64,000 nt of DNA. Source: Acidimicrobiia bacterium (lineage in GTDB: Bacteria; Actinomycetota; Acidimicrobiia; Acidimicrobiales; JANYDT01). The position numbers and the translations under genes are program-made. How positions within the stretch are numbered: the first letter of the stretch is position 1; every line of letters begins with the position of its first letter. The notes under the pieces were generated by a model, which saw nothing but the letters and a program-made list of their open reading frames with translations, had not been told where the DNA came from and did not search any database. Shown in pieces: positions 45,014-52,797 of the stretch. The stretch covers positions 3,055 through 67,054 of the forward strand of contig JANNBN010000057.1 of the NCBI GenBank assembly GCA_031385545.1, given 5' to 3'.

Positions 45014-45928
45014 TCACGGTGTGTCGGAGGCAGCCGCTGCGGCCGCAATGACGCCCAGGTCCAGGTTCTCGAAGCGCACCCGCAGGTCCAGATAGGCAAA
45101 CACCATGAAGGCCGCCGTCAGGGCCGTGCCCAAGGCTGTTCCAACCGAACCCAGCACGATCTGCGCAATGGTGCCGACCGACGAGGCAGAGGTCCCGATC
45201 ACCTGCGAGATCAGGCTGAACGGAAGCCCGATCAGCGTCGAGATGAAGCCGCCCACGACGATGAGCCCAAGGATCGGCCAGAACCGTCGAGCGGTCAGGT
45301 GCCAGCTGCGCTTCATGGCGGCCACTGCGCCCGCCCGTTCGACCACCACCACCTGAGGAGTGACGGCAAAACGCGTCATCGTGAACAGGATTCCGACGCA
45401 GCACGCCAACAGCCCGAGCATGTTGGCAAGACCGGTCAGGATGACGGCGCCGATGAGTGCCGGGGCCAGACCGAGGACGGACCGCATGCAATCGCGGATC
45501 GGGGTCTTTCTCATCAGGATGCGGTCCGTGTAATACGCCGTGAGCACGCCCTGGACGAGGGTGGCTGTCACCAGCATCAGGATCAAGGACGGCAGTTCTC
45601 CGCCCAATGCTCCGTTGAAGCCTGACAGATCGACGGTATCGCCGGGCTGCAGGTTGTTGGTCTGGGTCTGAAAGCTCGTCAACCAGTTCTGCAGGCTTCC
45701 ACTGCGATGCGAGCTGAGAACTGAGACGATCTGCGACGGGATGACCAGGACAAGAGCGAACGGCAGCACAGAGCGGATGGAGCGCCACCAGAGCCGAAAG
45801 CCGCGGTCGATGACTTCGCCGAACTCCAGTGGAGGAGTGCCCGAACGGGGCGGTAACGCCCATTGCGTCGGGTCTGCGGGGGATCCGGACCACGGTGGCT
45901 CTGGTGGCGGTGGCGGCTGGTCAGTCAC
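45014..45928 (-). CDS. Hypothetical polytopic membrane protein with Pro-rich N-terminus
   Basis: 304 aa with about 6 hydrophobic spans. The competing frame 45003-45893 is Arg/Pro-rich and unlikely. Confidence 0.6.
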   Translation of the reverse strand: MTDQPPPPPEPPWSGSPADPTQWALPPRSGTPPLEFGEVIDRGFRLWWRSIRSVLPFALVLVIPSQIVSVLSSHRSGSLQNWLTSFQTQTNNLQPGDTVDLSGFNGALGGELPSLILMLVTATLVQGVLTAYYTDRILMRKTPIRDCMRSVLGLAPALIGAVILTGLANMLGLLACCVGILFTMTRFAVTPQVVVVERAGAVAAMKRSWHLTARRFWPILGLIVVGGFISTLIGLPFSLISQVIGTSASSVGTIAQIVLGSVGTALGTALTAAFMVFAYLDLRVRFENLDLGVIAAAAAASDTP

Positions 45929-46055
45929 CCTGCAACCGTACCGCCGCCGTACACGCCCTCACGGGACGCAGACGGACTCTCGAAACTTGCCCCTTGCCTT
46001 TGTGACCTACGACACGTACGTTTGCATTCTGTACAGAACCTTGGGGGTCAAGGAA

Positions 46056-46313
46056 ATGGGTTTGGCCGAAGAACTGTGGCAGCGCAAAGCTGCCTGTAAG
46101 GGTCCGCAATCAGCGATGTTCTTCCCACCTGCGCATTTCGAGCGCAAGGAGGACAAAGAACGCCGTGAGCGCTCTGCCAAAACAATCTGTGGCCAGTGCA
46201 GCGTCAGGGGTGACTGCCTTGACTACGCGATCGAGATCCGTGAACCGCACGGAATCTGGGGCGGCCTCAACGAGAACGAACGGCGGGTTCTCCTTGGTCG
46301 CGTTGCTTCCTGA
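46056..46313 (+). CDS. WhiB-family (Wbl) Fe-S transcription factor
   Basis: 85 aa. It has four Cys (AACKG; CGQCSVRGDC), GIWGG and a basic tail. AAGGAA RBS. Confidence 0.9.
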   Translation: MGLAEELWQRKAACKGPQSAMFFPPAHFERKEDKERRERSAKTICGQCSVRGDCLDYAIEIREPHGIWGGLNENERRVLLGRVAS

Positions 46314-46410
46314 CTCAAATCGGTAGGGCCATCAGGTCCCTCTGGTAGTCGACGGCACCAAGCGGAGTGCCGGGGATCTGGCAGTTGCTGCACCTATTGT
46401 TGTCTGCCAT

Positions 46411-47619
46411 ATGGCAGGTGGATCGAGCTTCAGCACAAACGTTGTCGTGGTCGGAGGGTGTGGGCACGTCGGCCTGCCGCTGGCCATCGCCTTCGCAGAC
46501 CGTGGGCTTCGCACGGTTTCCTTCGACATCAACCCGACGACGGTGGAACTGGTCAATGCGGGCCAATTGCCCTTTGACGAGCCCGACGCCGGTCCGGTCA
46601 TCACGCGGGTCGTTGACTCACATATGTTCAGGGCGTCAACCGACCCATCCGTCATCTCCGATGCTGCCCACGTCGTGGTGGTCATCGGCACACCGGTCGA
46701 TGAGCACCTCAACCCCGACGCCCGCGCTGTTCCCGACGCCGTTGCGGCAGTTCACCAGCATCTGCGCCCCGGCCAGCTTCTCGTGCTGCGCTCGACGGTC
46801 TACCCCGGCGTCACCGCGCTGGTCGAACAGGGTCTCGCCCGCGCCGGGTTGAGCAGCGTTGAGGTTGCGTTCTGTCCAGAGCGGATTGCCGAAGGCAAAG
46901 CAATGACGGAGCTGTTCGAGTTGCCACAGATTGTCAGTGCACGAACCGATGCAGCGATGGACAAGGCCGAAAAGCTGTTCCGCCACCTCACCGCATCCAC
47001 GGTGCAGGTGACACCCGAGGAAGCCGAACTGGCGAAGCTGTTCACCAACACCTGGCGCTACATCAAGTTCGCTGCCGCGAACCAGCTGTTCATGATGGCC
47101 AACGACTTCGGTCTCGACTTCGAACGAATCCGTCATGCCATCACGTTCGACTATCCGCGCGCTGCCGACATGCCCGGGCCGGGTTTTGCCGCTGGTCCGT
47201 GCCTGTTCAAGGACACCATGCAGCTGGCTGCGTTCAACGACAATAAATTTGTGCTCGGGCACTCCGCGATGCTGGTCAACGAGGGTCTCCCGTTGTACGT
47301 GGTGTCCCGCATGGCAGCCCGGTTCGACATCGCCAGCATGACCGTCGGAATTCTCGGCATGGCGTTCAAGGGCGAGTCGGATGACACCCGTTCGTCGTTG
47401 TCCTACAAGTTGAAGCGCATCTTGCGGTTTCGTGCTGCCAACGTGCTCTGCGCCGATCCGTACGTCCGCACCGACCCAGATCTGGTCGACGAGGCTGAGC
47501 TGCTCGAACGAAGCGATGTTGTCGTCATCGGCGCTCCGCACCGGCGTTATCGCGAGCTGACGGCGACCCAGCCTGTGATCGACATCTGGAACATCACCGG
47601 CAACGGTGTGCGGATCTGA
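46411..47619 (+). CDS. UDP-glucose/GDP-mannose dehydrogenase-family nucleotide-sugar dehydrogenase
   Basis: 402 aa. Rossmann motif VVVVGGCGHVGL, catalytic-Cys region AAGPCLFKD, and the C-terminal UDP-binding domain GMAFKGESDDTRSS. Confidence 0.88.
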   Translation: MAGGSSFSTNVVVVGGCGHVGLPLAIAFADRGLRTVSFDINPTTVELVNAGQLPFDEPDAGPVITRVVDSHMFRASTDPSVISDAAHVVVVIGTPVDEHLNPDARAVPDAVAAVHQHLRPGQLLVLRSTVYPGVTALVEQGLARAGLSSVEVAFCPERIAEGKAMTELFELPQIVSARTDAAMDKAEKLFRHLTASTVQVTPEEAELAKLFTNTWRYIKFAAANQLFMMANDFGLDFERIRHAITFDYPRAADMPGPGFAAGPCLFKDTMQLAAFNDNKFVLGHSAMLVNEGLPLYVVSRMAARFDIASMTVGILGMAFKGESDDTRSSLSYKLKRILRFRAANVLCADPYVRTDPDLVDEAELLERSDVVVIGAPHRRYRELTATQPVIDIWNITGNGVRI

Positions 47620-47627
47620 CTGCGACC

Positions 47628-48455
47628 ATGAGCTATCTGCATCGCCGTCTTACGGACCCGGTTGCCGCTCTCGCTGACGACTCCGAACTAGCACCCCGGG
47701 TCTCGATCGTGGTCACGGTGTACAACGAGGGTGATGCGGTCGTCGAGTGCCTCGACCGGATCTTCGAGGCTGTCCGGCTTCCGTGCGAAGTCATCGTCGT
47801 CTACGACTCGGCCGATGACACCACGGCTCCCTTCATCGAGGAATATGCCAAACGTGATCCGCGGGTTCGCCCCACGCTGAACACGCTTGGCCGCGGTCCT
47901 GCGAAGGCCATTCGGTTCGGGTTCGGTGTCGCAACGGCTCCGGTGATGGTGGTGACCATGGCCGACGGGTGCGACGATCCTGCGCAGATCGATCCTCTTG
48001 TGAAGCTGGTCGAGCGCGGTGTCGTCATTGCGTCGGCGTCTCGTTACATGCGCGGCGGCCAGCAGGTGGGCGGCCCGTGGTTCAAACAGGCGCTGTCGCG
48101 TACGGCTGGGCGCACACTGGCGACGTTCGGGCGGGTGGGTACCAACGATGCCACCAACTCGTTCAAGGCCTACTCGACGAACTTCGTCCGCCAGGTCGGC
48201 ATCGAATCAGACTCGGGCTTCGAGGTGGCGCTGGAACTGGTGGCCAAGGCCCGCCGCTATCGTCAACCGGTCGCAGAGATCCCAACGATCTGGCTGGATC
48301 GTACCTTCGGCGAGTCCAACTTCAAGTTGGCCAGATGGCTGCCGAAGTATCTGCGGTGGTACCGCTACGCGTACGGTCCCGCTCTCACGCTTCCGTCACT
48401 GCTGGCGCCAGAGTCAGATGCAACACCCCGTCTCCCCAACAGTTCTCCGAGGTAG
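47628..48455 (+). CDS. Family 2 glycosyltransferase (DPM1-like)
   Basis: 275 aa. VSIVVTVYNEGD, VVYDSADDTT and MADGCDDP motifs. Confidence 0.85.
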   Translation: MSYLHRRLTDPVAALADDSELAPRVSIVVTVYNEGDAVVECLDRIFEAVRLPCEVIVVYDSADDTTAPFIEEYAKRDPRVRPTLNTLGRGPAKAIRFGFGVATAPVMVVTMADGCDDPAQIDPLVKLVERGVVIASASRYMRGGQQVGGPWFKQALSRTAGRTLATFGRVGTNDATNSFKAYSTNFVRQVGIESDSGFEVALELVAKARRYRQPVAEIPTIWLDRTFGESNFKLARWLPKYLRWYRYAYGPALTLPSLLAPESDATPRLPNSSPR

Positions 48456-48457
48456 TC

Positions 48458-49492
48458 ATGTCATACACAGTGCTCGTTTCCGGTTCGGCCGGCTTCATCG
48501 GCGGCTACGTCGTCGAGGAGTTGCTTGGTCGCGGTCACACGGTCATCGGCATCGACAACTACTCGAAGTACGGCCTGGTCACCAAGAGCTATGACGATCA
48601 TCCCAACTACCGGTTCGTCAAGGGTGAGTGCACAGATGTCGCGCTGATGACCGAACTGGCCAGTCAGTGCGATCACTTCATCGCCGGCGCTGCGCTCATC
48701 GGCGGCATTTCGTACTTCCATGCGTACGCATACGATCTGTTGGCAACGAACGAAAGAATCATGGCTGCATCTTGTGACGCTGCGCTCAAGGCGTATGCAG
48801 GCGGCACTGGCAAGCTGCAGAAGGTCACATACCTGTCGTCGTCCATGGTGTTCGAGTCAACCGAGCACTGGCCGTCGGTCGAAGGCGACGAGCGCACGGT
48901 TGCGCCGCCACTGTCGTCGTACGGGTTCCAGAAATTGGCAGTCGAGTACTTCGCCCGGTCAGCTCACCAGCAGTACGGCTTGCCGTTCACCATCGTGCGC
49001 CCGTTCAACTGTGTGGGCATCGGCGAGAGCCGCGCCAAGGGCGAGCATGAAGTGATGTCGGGCAATGTGGCGCTGGCCATGAGCCATGTGGTTCCGGACC
49101 TGGTGCAGAAGGTCGTGAAGGGGCAGGACCCGCTGCACATCCTTGGCGATGGTTCGCAGGTTCGTCACTACACATACGGTGGAGACCTGGCCAAGGGCAT
49201 TGCCGTCTGTATGGAGCACCCGGCTGCGCTCAACGAAGACTTCAACATCTCCACCGCAGAAGGCACAACAGTCCGGGACCTTGCCGAGGTCATCTGGCGC
49301 AAGATCAAGGGTCCTGGTGTTCCCCTGTCACTGGTCAGCGACGAGGCGTACACCTACGACGTGCAGAAGCGCGTGCCGTCGGTCGAGAAGGCGAAGAACG
49401 TGCTGGGCTTCGAAGCCACCACGTCGCTTGCGACCATGCTCGACGAGGTCATCCCCTGGATCGTCGACGCGGTGAACGCCGGCACGATCTGA
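48458..49492 (+). CDS. NAD-dependent epimerase/dehydratase (SDR family)
   Basis: MSYTVLVSGSAGFIGGYV (GxxGxxG) and YGFQK (YxxxK). The internal start was chosen in ORF 47969-49492, whose 5' part overlaps the GT2 gene. Confidence 0.88.
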   Translation: MSYTVLVSGSAGFIGGYVVEELLGRGHTVIGIDNYSKYGLVTKSYDDHPNYRFVKGECTDVALMTELASQCDHFIAGAALIGGISYFHAYAYDLLATNERIMAASCDAALKAYAGGTGKLQKVTYLSSSMVFESTEHWPSVEGDERTVAPPLSSYGFQKLAVEYFARSAHQQYGLPFTIVRPFNCVGIGESRAKGEHEVMSGNVALAMSHVVPDLVQKVVKGQDPLHILGDGSQVRHYTYGGDLAKGIAVCMEHPAALNEDFNISTAEGTTVRDLAEVIWRKIKGPGVPLSLVSDEAYTYDVQKRVPSVEKAKNVLGFEATTSLATMLDEVIPWIVDAVNAGTI

Positions 49493-49552
49493 GCCGTATC
49501 TGCAGGATCTGAGCAGGACCTGCAACCCGGGTCCACTGCGGGTCGCCCGGCA

Positions 49553-49654
49553 ACACAACTTGGCCCCGACATACGCGCAACTTGGCGTTTTCGGGCAAAA
49601 AATCGGCCCGGAAACGCCAAGTTGTGTCAGAAACGGGGTCGAGTTGCGCGTATG
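49553..49654. other. Interleaved inverted repeats / alternative stem-loops in a convergent intergenic region
   Basis: Three perfect pairings share the CAACTT/AAGTTG core. The first is 49553-49564 with 49616-49627 (12 bp). The second is 49578-49596 with 49606-49624 (19 bp including one G-U, loop AAAAAATCG). The third is 49570-49582 with 49642-49654 (13 bp). Confidence 0.6.
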
Positions 49655-49676
49655 GAGCCAGCCGAGTCCCGACGGG

Positions 49677-51413
49677 TTATACGTGGGGAAGGCGGGGGCC
49701 GGGAATGCGGAGGTCGCCGCGGCGGCGGGTGATGCCGTTGGCGTCGAACCACCCGACGATGGGCAGGATGTACTTGCGGCTGGTTCCGAGCGCATCGCGG
49801 ATCTGGGCAACGGTGATTCCGTCCGGATGATCAGCCAGCAGCACAGCAGTGGCCCGAGCCGCAGCGTCGAGAGCGCCAGGCGCGAAGTGGATCCCGTCGG
49901 ACACAACCACCAGTTTGCGCCGGACCAGTTCTCGTAACTCACCACGGTCCACACCCGTGGGGTCCGGAGGCTGGAACGGTGCTGCCAACAGCGCTGCGAC
50001 GTATGGATGGTCGATCAGCGGATCGACGATCTCGCCGCGCTTCAGCCGCCCGTCGCGCAGCGCAATGCCCTCGTCGTGCAGGTCGGGCAGCACGGCGCGT
50101 TCGTGTTCGTCGAGCTGTGCCGGGTCCAACCCGAGAGGACCCGCATCGTCAGTACGCGTACGAATGTTTGCCAGGGTCCGATGATAAGCGTCCTCGCCGA
50201 CCGCCCACCGCTGTGCAACGACGCGCCCGGTCCACGGGCTGGGTGAGAGGCGAAACAGGTGATCCAGCTCGACCCATCGTCGTTCACCGACCAGCCGCTC
50301 CACCGACCCATCCGGCACGGTGCCAGCAGCTGACCGGCGTGGATCCACGTCGAGTACTTCAACGCCGCCAATGGTTTCCTCGCGACCGTAATCACGCAGG
50401 ATGCCACGGTCCCCCGGGAGCAGTGGTAGCTCCAGCGGCAAGTGCACCCGCACGAAACCCGATGCGCCACCGGGAATGCGCCCGTCACCAAGTACACGCA
50501 CACGAACCGGAAACTCGCCGCTACCGATCGCCAACGCAAAAGCACCACGACGCGACACGTCGTGGTCGACCGCGGCCAACACGTCGAGGCGCGCATCGAA
50601 CCGAACGCAGCGATGCCATTGCGACTGGCGAACGAGGGCATCGCCGCGCTGAAGATCCTCGTGTGACACGCCACCAAGATTGAGCGCAACCCGGTTGCCA
50701 GGCCCCATGCCGGGTTCCTTCGCTCCGTGGCTCTGGATGCTGCGTACCCGTACCTGGTGAACCGCGCCATGGCCGACTACTGCCAGGTCTTCATCGGCCT
50801 TGATCTGCCCTCCGGTGAGCGTGCCGGTGACAACCGTGCCTGACCCCTTCGCTGCGAAGACTCGGTCTATCCAGAGGCGTGGCCGACCGCGGTCGATGGC
50901 GGCCGGGGTACGCGCCACCAAGTTGTCGAGGGCCTCACGCAGTTCGTGGATGCCGACGCCTGAAGGAGCATCTACGGGGATGATACGGGCACCTTCCAGG
51001 AACGTGCCCGCGACGTGTTCCTCGACGTCCATGAGGGCAAGCTCTCGCCACTCCATGTCGACCAGGCCGACCTTTGTGAGCACGATCAAACCATGCCGGA
51101 TGCCGAGCAGATCGAGGATGCGGAGGTGTTCCTCGCTTTGCGGCTTCCAGCCTTCGGTGGCTGCGACAACGAACATGCATGCGTCGATGGCACCGACACC
51201 GGCGAGCATGTTCTTGAGGAACCGAATGTGCCCGGGTACATCGATGAACGAGACGCCAGCACCGCTGGGAAGTGTGGTGTGCGCGAAGCCAAGGTCGATG
51301 GTCAGCCCACGTTCCTTCTCTTCCTGCCACCGATCCGGGTCGGTTCCGGTGAGTGCCTGGATGAGCGTCGACTTGCCGTGGTCGACGTGCCCGGCTGTGG
51401 CGATGATGCGCAC
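49677..51413 (-). CDS. selB: Selenocysteine-specific elongation factor SelB
   Basis: 578 aa. The G domain has AGHVDHGKSTL, DVPGH and VLTKVGL. Long C-terminal winged-helix-type extensions follow. Confidence 0.9.
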   Translation of the reverse strand: MRIIATAGHVDHGKSTLIQALTGTDPDRWQEEKERGLTIDLGFAHTTLPSGAGVSFIDVPGHIRFLKNMLAGVGAIDACMFVVAATEGWKPQSEEHLRILDLLGIRHGLIVLTKVGLVDMEWRELALMDVEEHVAGTFLEGARIIPVDAPSGVGIHELREALDNLVARTPAAIDRGRPRLWIDRVFAAKGSGTVVTGTLTGGQIKADEDLAVVGHGAVHQVRVRSIQSHGAKEPGMGPGNRVALNLGGVSHEDLQRGDALVRQSQWHRCVRFDARLDVLAAVDHDVSRRGAFALAIGSGEFPVRVRVLGDGRIPGGASGFVRVHLPLELPLLPGDRGILRDYGREETIGGVEVLDVDPRRSAAGTVPDGSVERLVGERRWVELDHLFRLSPSPWTGRVVAQRWAVGEDAYHRTLANIRTRTDDAGPLGLDPAQLDEHERAVLPDLHDEGIALRDGRLKRGEIVDPLIDHPYVAALLAAPFQPPDPTGVDRGELRELVRRKLVVVSDGIHFAPGALDAAARATAVLLADHPDGITVAQIRDALGTSRKYILPIVGWFDANGITRRRGDLRIPGPRLPHV

Positions 51414-52766
51414 TCAGCCTGCCTGCATGACGCTGGTGATGTGAGAGATGAGCAAGGCATCGTCTGCCGGGTCGATGGTCCGCAGGTCAATCACGGTGTC
51501 GCCCGCCGCGACCCGCACGATCACAGGAGGTTGCTGGTGCCGGAATGCCGCAGAGAGGTCCCCGGTGATGGCAATTCCGTACGACGGGATTTCCGCATCG
51601 GGAAGCGTTCCGCCTCCGGGCACCGAACTGCATGGGGCTGCCGTGACCGACACCGAAGAAACGACGCTGGCAATGTGCTCTGCGCGCAGACGAAGTGCTT
51701 CAACGGACCGTACCGCCATCTCCCAGAACGGGATCTCAGGTGCCCGGCCGTCCAGGTACAGCGAGCACACCTCTTGCAGTTCGGACAACACGCTTCCGCC
51801 CGGCCGCAGCGCGCGTGCCAGCGGATGGGTAGCGCACTTATCGACAAGGTCTGCTCGGCCCGCAATGACGCCGGCCTGTGGCCCACCGAGCAGCTTGTCA
51901 CCGGAGAACACGATGAGGTCTGCGCCTGCCTCGAGGGTTTGGCGGCTGGCGGGTTCCTGGGCCAGCCATGAAAGTGCTGGAACCCGCCCCGACTTGTCTG
52001 CAAGCCACGGCATGCGTGCATCGAGCAGGCCTGATCCGGTGTCGACCACCAGGGGGACCCGACGTGCACGAGCGACCGTTGCGAGTTGGGGAATGGTTGC
52101 CGTTTCCGTGAACCCGCTGATCCGGTAATTGGACCGGTGCACCGAGAGGATCATGCCCACGTTGTTGGTTGGCGTGGCAAGGGCTCGTTCGTAGTCCGCT
52201 GCCCGGGTGCGGTTGGTCGTACCGACCTCGACCAGTTCAGCGCCTTGCGAAGCCAACACGTCGGGGATACGGAACGCTCCACCGATCTCGACCAGTTCAC
52301 CACGGCTGACGGCGACTCCCCGGCCGCGGGCTACGGCGGCAATGACCAGCATCAGCGCAGCGGCACAGTTGTTGACCACAAGGGCCGCGGGAGCACCCGA
52401 GAGCGTGGCGAGGAGTGTGGACGCATGCGTGCGACGTGACCCGCGCCGGCCCGATGCCAGGTCGAATTCCAGCGAGGAGTAGCGGACAGGTGCTGCGTCG
52501 CCCTGCAACTGGCCACTGCGACGGTGGGGGGCGCGGCCAAGGTTGGTGTGCAGCAGCGTGCCGGTCCCGTTGATCACCGGTTGCAGCAGCGATCGCTGGA
52601 GTGTGCGCGCGGCGGCGGAAGCCAGATCGGCTGACTGGTCGGGCGCGCCTGTCGCCACTGCCGCAGCGATGCCCGTGCGGGCAGCCTGCACCAATAGTGC
52701 GCGCGGCAGAGAAGGATGGGCTTGACCCAATTCCTTGGCCAGGGTATCGACCGAAGGGGGCCTCAT
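51414..52766 (-). CDS. selA: L-seryl-tRNA(Sec) selenium transferase SelA
   Basis: MRPPSVDTLAKEL N-terminus, TGTLLHTNLGRAP and the PLP-Lys motif FSGDKLLGGPQAG. The stop abuts the selB start. The internal start was chosen in ORF 51414-53006. Confidence 0.9.
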   Translation of the reverse strand: MRPPSVDTLAKELGQAHPSLPRALLVQAARTGIAAAVATGAPDQSADLASAAARTLQRSLLQPVINGTGTLLHTNLGRAPHRRSGQLQGDAAPVRYSSLEFDLASGRRGSRRTHASTLLATLSGAPAALVVNNCAAALMLVIAAVARGRGVAVSRGELVEIGGAFRIPDVLASQGAELVEVGTTNRTRAADYERALATPTNNVGMILSVHRSNYRISGFTETATIPQLATVARARRVPLVVDTGSGLLDARMPWLADKSGRVPALSWLAQEPASRQTLEAGADLIVFSGDKLLGGPQAGVIAGRADLVDKCATHPLARALRPGGSVLSELQEVCSLYLDGRAPEIPFWEMAVRSVEALRLRAEHIASVVSSVSVTAAPCSSVPGGGTLPDAEIPSYGIAITGDLSAAFRHQQPPVIVRVAAGDTVIDLRTIDPADDALLISHITSVMQAG

Positions 52767-52797
52767 TCCTGCGAAGCTAGCGCTCGTGTTCCGGACA

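Noticed and set aside
45003-45893. 296-aa minus-strand ORF competing with 45014-45928
   Set aside because: It is Arg/Pro/His-rich and lacks hydrophobic-span structure. The other frame gives a coherent polytopic membrane protein.
47969-48457. 5' extension of the epimerase ORF (507 aa as listed)
   Set aside because: The extension overlaps the GT2 gene in another frame and is Arg/Gly-rich. The Rossmann motif starts right after the internal ATG at 48458, which sits 2 nt after the GT2 stop.
49493-49676. Possible tRNA-Sec (selC) next to selB
   Set aside because: No T-loop (GGTTCGA-like), no UCA anticodon loop with flanking stem and no 8/5 acceptor/T architecture could be folded by hand on either strand. 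The region is instead explained by the interleaved inverted repeats.
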